DNA of 45,792 bases. Source: Methanocellales archaeon. GTDB taxonomy: Archaea; Halobacteriota; UBA148. Position numbers and translations under genes: made by a program. Of the stretch, positions 18,229 to 27,113 are shown piece after piece. Position 1 is the first letter of the stretch; each line of letters begins with the position of its first letter. The notes under the pieces are model-generated. The model saw nothing but the letters and a program-made list of their open reading frames with translations, made no database searches and had not been told where the DNA came from. The stretch lies in assembly GCA_013415795.1 (NCBI GenBank), contig JAAEEL010000015.1, positions 1 to 45,792 of the forward strand, in the 5' to 3' direction.

Positions 18229-18807
18229 ATGATAGTTGGTATATGTGGGAGTCCAAGAAAACAGGCAACTGAATACGTTTTGAGAGAAGCCTTGAAAATG
18301 TTGGAAAAGATGGGTTTTAAAACACAACTTTTCACGGTTAGAGGTAAAAACATCAGCTTTTGCCAGCATTGTGACTACTGCTTAGAAAACAAAGAGTGCA
18401 CGATTAAGGATGACATGTACGAACTCTATCCTTTGCTTAAGGATTCTGAAGGGATAGTAATTGCCACGCCAGTTTACAACGGTGGAGTTAGTGCACAAAT
18501 AAAGGCGGTTATGGACAGATGTAGAGCTTTAAGTGCAGCAGATCAGAACTTTTTCAGGTACAAGGTGGGTATGGCTATTGCAGTTGGAGGAGACAGAATG
18601 GGCGGGCAGGAACTGGCGATACAGCAGATAATAACATTTTACGTCCTAAACGGAATCATATCAGTCAGCGGCGGCTCCTTCGGGGCAAACTTAGGTGCAA
18701 CCTTTTGGTCGAAAGACACTTTTGATGGCGTGAAAAAGGATGAAGAGGGATTCAGAAGCCTAAGAAAAACTGTTAAGAGTTTTGCAGACTTTTTGAAGAA
18801 ATTCTAG
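18229..18807 (+). CDS. isf: iron-sulfur flavoprotein (Isf; NADPH-dependent FMN reductase-like fold)
   Basis: Contains MIVGICGSPRK and the compact Cys motif CQHCDYCLENKEC (CxxCxxCx5C) characteristic of methanoarchaeal Isf, then ATPVYNGGVSAQ. Confidence 0.75.
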   Translation: MIVGICGSPRKQATEYVLREALKMLEKMGFKTQLFTVRGKNISFCQHCDYCLENKECTIKDDMYELYPLLKDSEGIVIATPVYNGGVSAQIKAVMDRCRALSAADQNFFRYKVGMAIAVGGDRMGGQELAIQQIITFYVLNGIISVSGGSFGANLGATFWSKDTFDGVKKDEEGFRSLRKTVKSFADFLKKF

Positions 18808-18829
18808 GTTAAAAAATGAGGGTGGAACA

Positions 18830-19441
18830 ATGGCCATGGAGGTCTTGATGGAGAATAAAAAAGAGAAAAAGGAGAAGAGGAAAGTCGCTTGGGGAATTAC
18901 AGGCAGCGGAGATAGATTAGTCGAAACAGTTGAGGTTATGAAGGAAATTAGAAAGCAGTATAAGAACGAGGTTGATATAGTAGTTTATCTATCCAAGGCA
19001 GGAGATCAAGTTGTTAAATATTACAGACTTTTTAACGATTTGAAGGAGGATTTTGACAGGGTTCAAGTTGAGATTAATCCGAACTCACCGTTCCTTGCTG
19101 GTCAACTACAATTGGGAAAGTTTGATTTTCTTTTGATCGCTCCAGCGACATCAAACACCGTTGCGAAGATTTCGATGGGAATAGCGGACAGTTTACTCTG
19201 TAACGCATCAATCATGGGTCTAAAGGCTTTTGTTCCCTCCTATATAATGCCGTCAGATTACGAAGAAGGAATGATAGTTACGCAACTCCCTAATGGACGA
19301 GATATGAAATTGAGGATAAGAAAAGAAGAGGTCGAGCGTGTCAAAAAGCTAGCTTGCATGGAAGACGTTATCATACTGGAAAAGCCAGAAGAAATTCGTC
19401 AGGTTTTTAAAAAGCATTTCAGGCTCGAAAAAGTCCAATAG
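18830..19441 (+). CDS. afpA: archaeoflavoprotein AfpA-like flavoprotein (PF02441-type FMN-binding fold)
   Basis: Contains VAWGITGSGDRL, LIAPATSNTVAKISMGIADSLL and a K/E-rich N-terminal leader. The exact start among three ATGs is uncertain. Confidence 0.6.
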   Translation: MAMEVLMENKKEKKEKRKVAWGITGSGDRLVETVEVMKEIRKQYKNEVDIVVYLSKAGDQVVKYYRLFNDLKEDFDRVQVEINPNSPFLAGQLQLGKFDFLLIAPATSNTVAKISMGIADSLLCNASIMGLKAFVPSYIMPSDYEEGMIVTQLPNGRDMKLRIRKEEVERVKKLACMEDVIILEKPEEIRQVFKKHFRLEKVQ

Positions 19442-19870
19442 AGACTTAACGCGTGCACATAAACAAGACCGCATCAATTTGAAGGACAGTTTTTGGCTAC
19501 TTGATCGATAGATGATATATGAAACACGCGCATCATGTCTATCCATTTCGTTATACTTTTTCTCAAATTACTTCAAAATCAACTAGAATGGGTAATCCAA
19601 ACCTTTTAGATAAATTGATTCACTGCAAAGGCATTAAAAATACCAAAAAGCGAAACGCTCTTTTTTTTGGAATAATATGCAGTATCCACTATTGACCATT
19701 TTGAGTGTCCAGACTTGAAATAAAAAATGTTTATTTTTCAATTGAATGGATTTTCAATAAGGCTTGATTTGAAATCTTATCTACTTGAACTCTAGAACCA
19801 AGAATTCAAGGTCATGAACTCCAAAACAGAAAATATATACGATACGCAAGCGATACCTTAATGAAGATAA

Positions 19871-20458
19871 ATGAATCTAAAGACCAGTGGAGCCGAGGCA
19901 ACCATTGAATCACGTGATAGGCACGTGTTCAAAAGGCGAATACCCAAGAGATATAGGATCAAAGAATTGGATGAGCAGCTTCGAAGAGAGCGCACGAAGT
20001 ATGAGGCAAAAATGATCGCTGAGGCTCGCAGATCTGGTATTCCTACACCAATCATCCATGATGTCACCGATTATGATATAGCGATGGAATATCTAGATGG
20101 CCCACAGCTTAAATGTGTAATAGATGTGGAGCTATGCAAGAGAATAGGCGAGCTTGTAGGAAAACTTCATAGCTCGGGCATTATCCACGGAGATCTGACA
20201 ACTTCAAACATGATTGTTTCGCAAGGAAGAATCCACCTAATTGACTTTGGACTGTCATACTTCGATAAGAGCGTCGAGGCAAGAGGAGTAGATGTGCATG
20301 TGCTATTCCAAACATTCGAAAGTACCCATGACGAACATAGGGCTCTGATAAATGCGTTCATAGAGGGATATAAAAAGACGTTTGATGGCGCTAATGATGT
20401 CCTACAACGCGTAAAGTCGATAGAATCAAGGGGTAGATATAGAACGGAAAGACTATGA
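19871..20458 (+). CDS. bud32: Bud32 atypical protein kinase (KEOPS subunit)
   Basis: 195 aa. Contains EAKMIAEARRSGIPTPIIHDV, GIIHGDLTTSNMIV and LIDFGLS, giving a small RIO-like kinase architecture. Confidence 0.85.
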   Translation: MNLKTSGAEATIESRDRHVFKRRIPKRYRIKELDEQLRRERTKYEAKMIAEARRSGIPTPIIHDVTDYDIAMEYLDGPQLKCVIDVELCKRIGELVGKLHSSGIIHGDLTTSNMIVSQGRIHLIDFGLSYFDKSVEARGVDVHVLFQTFESTHDEHRALINAFIEGYKKTFDGANDVLQRVKSIESRGRYRTERL

Positions 20459-21009
20459 AAATCGTTTATTTCGTAACCGGAAACCTTGGAAAGGTTAGAG
20501 AGGCAAAGGAGATGTTTGAGAAGTTAGGGATAGATATGCAGCAAATATCATATGGTTATCCCGAAATCCAATCTGATAATCTAGGAGAAATTGCAAAATA
20601 TGGCGCAAAGAACGCCGCTATGTATTTGAAAAAGCCCATTATTGTGGAGGATGCGGGGATGTTTATCTCCGCATTAAAGGGTTTCCCCGGCCCGTATTCG
20701 GCCTTCATTTTCAAATGCATCGGCAACGAAGGCATATTGAAGTTAATGAGAGGTGTAAAGAATAGAAATGCACAATTCAAATCTGTTGTCGGATATTGTG
20801 AACCCGGCAAAGAGGCTATAACATTTAGTGGTTCTGTGGAGGGCGAGATCTCAGAAGAGTCCCGGGGAAATATGGGTTTTGGTTATGACCCTATTTTTCT
20901 TCACCAAAAAAAGACGTTTGCACAGATGTCCACCGAAGAGAAGAACAAAGTATCACATAGATGTATGGCATTGAGGAAATTTGCAGAATGGTTTTGCAAA
21001 GATATTTAA
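20455..21009 (+). CDS. non-canonical purine NTP pyrophosphatase (Ham1/RdgB/ITPase)
   Basis: Contains FVTGNLGKVREA, PEIQSD, VEDAGMFI..LKGFPGPYSA and GFGYDPIF. The ATG overlaps the Bud32 stop as ATGA. Confidence 0.85.
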   Translation: MKIVYFVTGNLGKVREAKEMFEKLGIDMQQISYGYPEIQSDNLGEIAKYGAKNAAMYLKKPIIVEDAGMFISALKGFPGPYSAFIFKCIGNEGILKLMRGVKNRNAQFKSVVGYCEPGKEAITFSGSVEGEISEESRGNMGFGYDPIFLHQKKTFAQMSTEEKNKVSHRCMALRKFAEWFCKDI

Positions 21010-21040
21010 CATATGTGAGGATGTATAATGGAGGTACATC

Positions 21041-21463
21041 ATGGAAAAAAAGAACACTAAAAGTAATTCACCAGAATGGTTAGAACTAGACTCAAAAGAG
21101 ATTGAACAGACGATTCTTGAGATAAGAGGTCAAGACATGTCATCTTCTGAGATAGGATTGATCCTACGAGATAGATACGGAGTACCAGATGTAAAGCTTG
21201 TAACGGGAAAGAAGATTACACAAATTCTAAGGGAAAAAAATGTAGAGCCAAAGGTTCCTGAGGATCTGCAGAATTTGATCACAAGGGCGCTTGGATTAAA
21301 AAAACATCTTGATATAAATCCAAAGGATGTGCATAACAAAAGGGCGCTTCAACTTATCGAGTCAAAAATAAGGCGACTTGTTAAGTATTATAAAAATAAC
21401 GGAAAACTACCCGAAGACTGGATCTATGACCTAAAAACGGCTGAGATATTGATCTCAAGATAA
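21041..21463 (+). CDS. rps15: ribosomal protein S15 (uS15; S15P/S13e)
   Basis: 140 aa. Contains PEWLELDSKEIEQTILEIRGQDMSSSEIGLILRDRYGVPDVKLVTGKKI and a C-terminal S15 helix-bundle region (ALQLIESKIRRLVKYY). Confidence 0.9.
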   Translation: MEKKNTKSNSPEWLELDSKEIEQTILEIRGQDMSSSEIGLILRDRYGVPDVKLVTGKKITQILREKNVEPKVPEDLQNLITRALGLKKHLDINPKDVHNKRALQLIESKIRRLVKYYKNNGKLPEDWIYDLKTAEILISR

Positions 21464-21467
21464 AAAA

Positions 21468-22763
21468 ATGATTGAGCTATTGGAAGAGTCTGCAGAATTG
21501 GCAGCACAAATGCTTGCCAAGCATGATTATGTGCGGGTCATATCGCATAACGATGCTGATGGCATAACTTCTGCAGGCATAATCTGCAATGCCTTATACC
21601 GAAGGAATATAAAATTTCATGCCAGCATTATAAGTCATCTCGATGAAGAATTTGTCAGAAAGTTAGAGAATATTACTACTATATTTTGCGACATGGGTAG
21701 TGGTCAGCCAGATCTTATTCCAAGCGATGCGATAGTACTTGATCATCACATGCCCACTGAAACAGATACAGAGCACCTACAAGTAAATCCACACCTGGTC
21801 GGAATCGATGGCTCTTTTGAGCTTTCTGCATCAGGAGTTACATATACCGTCGCTAAGTACCTTGGCAATAATACCGATCTCTCGGGCCTAGCAATCGTAG
21901 GTGCACTTGGAGACTGTCAGCCAATGGTTGGAGCGAACAAAGACATTCTGGATGAGGCCCTACAGCACAACATCATTACGAGTGAGCATAGTCTAAAACT
22001 CGGCGAGGGCGACGTCAAAGAATTGCTTATTTACTCGACCGACCCATATATAGATATTACAGGTGATGCGGATAAAATCCAGAAATTTCTAGGTGATTTA
22101 GGAATAGATGGAAAAATAGAGGACCTTGCTCCAGAAGATCTGCAACTTTTGACATCTGCGTTGATGTTAAAAGTTATGAAAAAAGCGTCTTTAGATGCCA
22201 CAGAGTCGTTGATAGGCGAATCCTACAAACTTAATTATGAGGTAGTGTCAGATGCCGCCCTATTAGTGAAGATGACTAATTCATCTGGTAAACTGGGAGA
22301 GACTGGGCTTGCTCTTGCATTGTGTTTAAGGGATGTAGGGGCTAGGGATCAGGCATACCAACTATGTTTAGAGTATCAAAAAAGGATTATCTCAGAAATG
22401 AAAAAGGTAGAGCAGGATATAAAAGAAGGGGTCGGTATTAGATATGTCCATTCATCTGATGAGAAGATTATCGGGGCATTAGCAAGCACTATCATTCAGT
22501 ACGTAGCATCAGATAAACCTATACTTGTTATGAACGATCAGAAAGGCAAAATAAAAATATCCGCTAGAGGGACGAGAAAACTTTTGCAGAAAGGATTGGA
22601 CCTATCGGTTGCGATGTCTGAAGCAGCAAAAAATGTTGGTGGCGTTGGAGGAGGACACGACATAGCATCTGGTGCAGCTATTCCAGTTGAAACTGAGTCG
22701 AAATTTCTCAAGAATGTTGATGCCATCATAACAGAGCAGTTGGGTTTTAAAGGTGAATGCTAA
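21468..22763 (+). CDS. archaeal RecJ-like DHH/DHHA1 phosphoesterase (GAN/RecJ family)
   Basis: DHH motifs: ISHNDADGITSAG, DMGSG, VLDHH and GGGHDIASGA (DHHA1). The S15-RecJ-like adjacency is a known conserved archaeal linkage. Confidence 0.75.
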   Translation: MIELLEESAELAAQMLAKHDYVRVISHNDADGITSAGIICNALYRRNIKFHASIISHLDEEFVRKLENITTIFCDMGSGQPDLIPSDAIVLDHHMPTETDTEHLQVNPHLVGIDGSFELSASGVTYTVAKYLGNNTDLSGLAIVGALGDCQPMVGANKDILDEALQHNIITSEHSLKLGEGDVKELLIYSTDPYIDITGDADKIQKFLGDLGIDGKIEDLAPEDLQLLTSALMLKVMKKASLDATESLIGESYKLNYEVVSDAALLVKMTNSSGKLGETGLALALCLRDVGARDQAYQLCLEYQKRIISEMKKVEQDIKEGVGIRYVHSSDEKIIGALASTIIQYVASDKPILVMNDQKGKIKISARGTRKLLQKGLDLSVAMSEAAKNVGGVGGGHDIASGAAIPVETESKFLKNVDAIITEQLGFKGEC

Positions 22764-22993
22764 TGAATGATTGCAAATGCAAGGGTAAAATCGTGACAAA
22801 CCATAAAAGATGCAATGTCATCATGGATGCTATCATACCAGATAATACTCAAAACATGCTCACAACATGTAAAAATGGAGAGATTACCACAGAGTTTGTG
22901 ATTGAAGGAGTAGGAACGTTAATTTCAACCATGGACGATTATCTATTAAATCTGAAGATTGCTGATGAAATTGCGAGTGATGACAATGGATGA
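22757..22993 (+). CDS. pcc1: probable KEOPS subunit Pcc1
   Basis: 78 aa. The pattern CNVIMDAIIPDN...VGTLISTMDDYLLNLKIADEI resembles the two conserved Pcc1 segments (a..v..al.pe ; LR..vNSyLRwi..a.ev) as I remember them. The call is from memory only. Confidence 0.5.
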   Translation: MLMNDCKCKGKIVTNHKRCNVIMDAIIPDNTQNMLTTCKNGEITTEFVIEGVGTLISTMDDYLLNLKIADEIASDDNG

Positions 22994-24479
22994 ACCGAAA
23001 TTTCATCTAATCGGGCATTTCAAGTTGAGTGCTGATGCTACGAAGGTAAAAGAAGATGTAGCTAAACTGATTTTCAAATCGAATGAGGATATTTTAAGAA
23101 AAGGTGCGCCTTCCGGAAAAGGTGCAAAAGTCATCAACTGGGATCTCGACAAGAATGCCATCATGGTCGAAATAGTATCGGATAGATATGTGAGAGCGCA
23201 TGACGCGCTGATTAGACTGAGAAAAGTATTGGCAGCATTATTAGGAAAAAATCACATTGGGATTAGGGGTATCGGAATAGAGGATTTTACCATTCAAATG
23301 CCGTCTGAAGAGCCTCTCAAAAAAAATATTCCTTTTGTAAAAGAAATGAGATACGAGGATGGTAAGATTTTACTTGCCTTGGACGTCGATGAGCAACAAA
23401 TAGAGAACAAGGTCCCTGACAGGATTATCAGTCTTATCTCGGAAAAGGTTGAATCAAGTAAATACGGTAAAAAGGAACATTGGGAACTTTTAGGGCAAAG
23501 CAAGAAGAAAATTCATAAATTCAAGGAAGACCCGACAAAAGAGCTGACGAAACGCAGGTGGATCAAACATGGGGCTGGCAGGGGTCAATGGGTCTTTGGA
23601 CCCCAGGTAACAAGAGTTTTCAGAGCTTTTGGTGAGGTTATAGAAGAAGAGATTATTCGACCCTTAGGCTATAATGAGATGATGTTTCCAAAGATGGTGC
23701 CATGGGATGTCTGGAAGAGATCTGGTCATGCGAAAGGCATCTACCCGGAAATGTATTATGTTTGCCCACCAAAGACGAGGGATCCGGAATATTGGGAAGA
23801 GGTGACGGATTATTACAAGGTTACGCAAGAAGTGCCCCTGGATCTAATCAAAGAGAGAATAGATTATCCGATAGGAGGGATGTGTTATGCCCAATGCCCC
23901 CCTTTCTGGGTCTTTTTGCAGGGTGAAACCTTACCTGATGATATTTTTCCCATATTCCTCTATGACAGGTCCGGAACGTCCCATAGATATGAGAGCGGTG
24001 GCATTCATGGTATTGAGAGAGTTGATGAGTTCAATCGCACCGACCTAATTTGGATAGGTACGCAGGATCAAGTGATTGAACACTCCAAGAAATTGCAGGA
24101 GCGATACCAACACCTGTTCGATGATATACTGGACATACAATGGAGAAATGCATGGGTTACACCATGGTTCATGGCACAAGAGGGATTAACCGGCCTGGCA
24201 GAGACCAGAGAGGTCGGCACGATCGACTATGAGGCATACATGCCATACAAGAAGGATTGGTTAGAATTCCAGAACTTGAGCGTTAATGGGAGCAAATATC
24301 CCGAAGGATTCAATGTGAAACTACAAAGTGGAGAGAAGCTCTGGTCTGGCTGCTCTGGAATAGGGATGGAAAGATGGGGTGCAGCCTTTTTCGCTCAGAA
24401 GGGGCTTGACGTTGATAATTGGCCTAACAAGTTTAGAAAAAAGGTTGGAGAACTACCAGAAGTCTTTAGATTCTTATAG
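22986..24479 (+). CDS. serS: seryl-tRNA synthetase, methanogen-type (type 2 SerRS)
   Basis: About 497 aa from the ATG at 22986 (MDEPKFHLIGHF). The N-terminal domain (KSNEDILRKGAPSGKGAKVINWDL...DRYVRAHDALIRLRKVLAALLGKNHIGIRG) closely parallels my memory of the Methanosarcina barkeri atypical SerRS. It has a class II core with Cys/Glu zinc-site-like residues. The start overlaps Pcc1 by 8 nt. Confidence 0.75.
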   Translation: MDEPKFHLIGHFKLSADATKVKEDVAKLIFKSNEDILRKGAPSGKGAKVINWDLDKNAIMVEIVSDRYVRAHDALIRLRKVLAALLGKNHIGIRGIGIEDFTIQMPSEEPLKKNIPFVKEMRYEDGKILLALDVDEQQIENKVPDRIISLISEKVESSKYGKKEHWELLGQSKKKIHKFKEDPTKELTKRRWIKHGAGRGQWVFGPQVTRVFRAFGEVIEEEIIRPLGYNEMMFPKMVPWDVWKRSGHAKGIYPEMYYVCPPKTRDPEYWEEVTDYYKVTQEVPLDLIKERIDYPIGGMCYAQCPPFWVFLQGETLPDDIFPIFLYDRSGTSHRYESGGIHGIERVDEFNRTDLIWIGTQDQVIEHSKKLQERYQHLFDDILDIQWRNAWVTPWFMAQEGLTGLAETREVGTIDYEAYMPYKKDWLEFQNLSVNGSKYPEGFNVKLQSGEKLWSGCSGIGMERWGAAFFAQKGLDVDNWPNKFRKKVGELPEVFRFL

Positions 24480-24520
24480 CAATAGGTTGGCGATAACTGT
24501 ACTGTATCTAACAAATTTGG

Positions 24521-24527
24521 TTTTTTT
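24521..24527 (+). terminator. oligo-T tract (T7), candidate archaeal terminator after serS
   Basis: TTTGGTTTTTTTACG lies about 40 nt downstream of the serS stop. Archaeal termination commonly uses T-runs. Confidence 0.35.
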
Positions 24528-24617
24528 ACGATTTTCATCAGCTACCTACACACCAATGTATCAAAATTGCACTTAAGTATGGAAGTGAGCATTAATTCGA
24601 GTTCCTTAATCACTTTA

Positions 24618-24767
24618 TTATTTATGGTAAAGAATTCCAAAACAAATTGCTGAAGCCAAAAGTAAGATACCTGCTCCAGAAAATTGATTGGACAACATAG
24701 CATTAATAGATCCCACAACAGCAAGAACCCCAATTATTATTAAAGGTATTTTGAAGTTTTCTTTCAT
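24618..24767 (-). CDS. possible small membrane protein (49 aa, 2 TM)
   Basis: Not in the ORF track. Manual reverse translation: MKENFKIPLIIIGVLAVVGSINAMLSNQFSGAGILLLASAICFGILYHK. The hydrophobic pattern is clean, but no homology support is possible by eye. Confidence 0.35.
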   Translation of the reverse strand: MKENFKIPLIIIGVLAVVGSINAMLSNQFSGAGILLLASAICFGILYHK

Positions 24768-24981
24768 AGTAATATCCTATCTACCTTCATTTAAATATCT
24801 TTTTTTTGTGAACTTCCCTATATGAACCTTCAATCAAGCTTTGTTGAAAGTTTAAAGACCATATATATTATAGAATTAATCTAAAAACAAAGAGACATTT
24901 TAAGATATATTACCAATTTGCAGAGATATGGGAATCAAGTTCGAGCATAAGGCGTTATGCAAAATATTCAGGAGGTGAGAC

Positions 24982-25527
24982 ATGATCGATTCCATCAATG
25001 AATTAAGACTCATAACTAAATCCACTAAATGGCGTATTGGTCTTATCCTAATTTGTTGGCTTTCCATGCTTGGCTTTGATTTCTTTCTACACGCTGGTCT
25101 ACTGGCCAAATTATATGTTCAGCCAAGTTCATTTTTATTACCTGCAGAAGAAGCATTTCTACGTATTCCTTTTGGATACTTATCCTTTCTGATTCTTGCG
25201 ATCGTTCTTGTTTGGATTATGGAGGGACTAAATATAAATAAATGGCAAAAGGGATTTTGGTTTGGATTAAAATTCGGCGCACTCTTGGGGGCCTTATCTA
25301 CCTTTGGATTATATTCTATTTCAAACATAGAGACGGATTTATTGCTTGGTTGGTGGATCGGTCAAACATTGGAACTTGGAATTGCTGGTATGGTTGCTGG
25401 TGCTGGCATATTTGGTAAAAGTCTTGTTTTACTTCTTAAATGGGTCATATTATTCGTGGTTATAATGGTAATAGCAACGATTAGTTTACAATCTTTTGGA
25501 TTTGCTCCACCTATGGAACAATTGTAG
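24982..25527 (+). CDS. integral membrane protein of unknown function (about 5 TM)
   Basis: 181 aa. A strong AGGAGGTGA lies immediately upstream of the ATG. Multiple hydrophobic helices are present. No family recognised. Confidence 0.6.
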   Translation: MIDSINELRLITKSTKWRIGLILICWLSMLGFDFFLHAGLLAKLYVQPSSFLLPAEEAFLRIPFGYLSFLILAIVLVWIMEGLNINKWQKGFWFGLKFGALLGALSTFGLYSISNIETDLLLGWWIGQTLELGIAGMVAGAGIFGKSLVLLLKWVILFVVIMVIATISLQSFGFAPPMEQL

Positions 25528-25761
25528 GTTGAAGACGCTGGATAACAAGTTTGCATGGGTTTAGCCACCTACAGCTGCAACTTAGTATGTGCTGCTTCCG
25601 TTAAGTGAAATATAGGCGGTTCATTTATACACCAACAATACAACACATAAGAATGTTATGAAAGTTGTAGACATTTCTTGTAGTCAGAAACAACCCAAAA
25701 ATAAAAAATCCAGAGACTGATTTCTTTACTATAGGAGGCAGGATAGAGAGGGATTCATAAA

Positions 25762-26958
25762 ATGCAATATCGTAAAATGGGTTCCCTTGACTGGGAAGTT
25801 TCAGCCCTAGGATTCGGATGCATGCGTTTGCCAACGAAAAGATTCATGCCCCTACAGGTAGATGTGGGAACATCTATCAAAATAATTCGAAGGGGGATTG
25901 ACAAGGGAATCAACTATGTAGATACTGCATGGCCTTATCACTTTGGATCGGGCGAAAGAGTTGTCGGCCAAGCCCTTCTAGATGGGTATCGTGAAAAAGT
26001 TCACCTAGCTACCAAGTTGCCGATGTTTTTTGTTAGAAAATCAGAAGATTTCTATAGTTATTTGGAAAAGCAGTTAGAAAACCTTCAAACAGATTGTCTA
26101 GACCTGTATCTTTTCCATCGCATGACCAGAGGGCAATTTGAAAAGCTGAAAGACTTGCAATTGATGGAAAAAATGGTAGAAGCAAAAGAAAGAGGTAAAA
26201 TAAAACATATCGGATTTTCATTCCACGATACGCTTCCTGTTTTTAAAGAGATTGTTGATTACTATCCTTGGGATGTTGTTCAAATCCAATACAATTACAT
26301 GGATACGGGTATTCAGGCAACGACCGATGGATTACAATATGCCTATGACAAAGGGATTGCAGTGGTGGTCATGGAACCGGTGAAAGGCGGAAGATTGGCT
26401 AATCCTCCAGTAGAAGCTCTTGAGATCATGTCCTCCGCCAAGAATCAACGATCACCTGTCGATTGGGCACTTCAATTCGTCTGGAATCGCCCCGAAGTAT
26501 CGGTCGTTCTCAGTGGCATGGGTTCCCAAAAAATGGTTGACGAAAACTGTGCCAGTGCAGACCTTTCAGGAATCGGTAAGCTAAAAGATGATGATTTGGA
26601 AATCATAAACAAACTCATTGAAGTATATCGCAAGAGAATTCTTGTTCCGTGTACTGCATGTGGTTATTGCATGCCCTGCCCTTCCGGCGTCAATATTCCC
26701 CAGAACTTTGCAATATTGAATAATATTTCCTTAGAGGATAGCAGTATTCGTCGGTGGCTTTTGGTAAGAGGCTATGGAAAAATGGCCAGATCTAAAAAAC
26801 AATTGAAGAGGGATGATTCGAATGGAAGTGCTGTCATGTGCGTTCAATGTGGCAAATGCCTGGAAAAGTGTCCACAACAGATCAACATCCCTGAAGAGCT
26901 TAAAAAGGTACATGCAATCCTAGGGAAGCATAAAAGAATTACTGATTATTATGTATAG
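25762..26958 (+). CDS. aldo/keto reductase with C-terminal 4Fe-4S dicluster domain (COG1453-type Fe-S oxidoreductase)
   Basis: The N-terminus MQYRKMGSLDWEVSALGFGCMRLP is AKR-like. The C-terminal clusters are CTACGYCMPCPSGVNIP and CVQCGKCLEKCPQQINIP. Confidence 0.8.
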   Translation: MQYRKMGSLDWEVSALGFGCMRLPTKRFMPLQVDVGTSIKIIRRGIDKGINYVDTAWPYHFGSGERVVGQALLDGYREKVHLATKLPMFFVRKSEDFYSYLEKQLENLQTDCLDLYLFHRMTRGQFEKLKDLQLMEKMVEAKERGKIKHIGFSFHDTLPVFKEIVDYYPWDVVQIQYNYMDTGIQATTDGLQYAYDKGIAVVVMEPVKGGRLANPPVEALEIMSSAKNQRSPVDWALQFVWNRPEVSVVLSGMGSQKMVDENCASADLSGIGKLKDDDLEIINKLIEVYRKRILVPCTACGYCMPCPSGVNIPQNFAILNNISLEDSSIRRWLLVRGYGKMARSKKQLKRDDSNGSAVMCVQCGKCLEKCPQQINIPEELKKVHAILGKHKRITDYYV

Positions 26959-27113
26959 GATTATGCAAGACTTTTTGTTAATTTAATGGATACAAACCGC
27001 AAGTAAAGAATTTGAGAAACTGATGAATATCGGTATAGGAAACTAAGGGAAATTGAATCAAAATAAATTCTAGGGGAAAGATTTATAACTTTTAATAATG
27101 AAGAAATAAGGAT

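Noticed and set aside
19442-19870. The 430-bp spacer before bud32 as a possible ncRNA locus. It contains the small hairpin AGCG-AAA-CGCT followed by a T8 run near 19651-19675.
   Set aside because: I could not fold it into any known RNA family by eye, and the hairpin is only 4 bp. It is worth an Rfam scan but is not supportable as a feature.
24542-24733. 63-aa minus-strand track ORF after serS.
   Set aside because: A different minus-strand frame over the same DNA (24618-24767) gives a much more protein-like 49-aa two-helix membrane peptide with an ATG start, so the track ORF looks like the wrong frame.
27019-27080. CTGATGA C-box-like heptamer upstream of cooC1.
   Set aside because: There is no CTGA D box within the next 60 nt and no guide architecture, so it is probably a chance occurrence in the promoter region.
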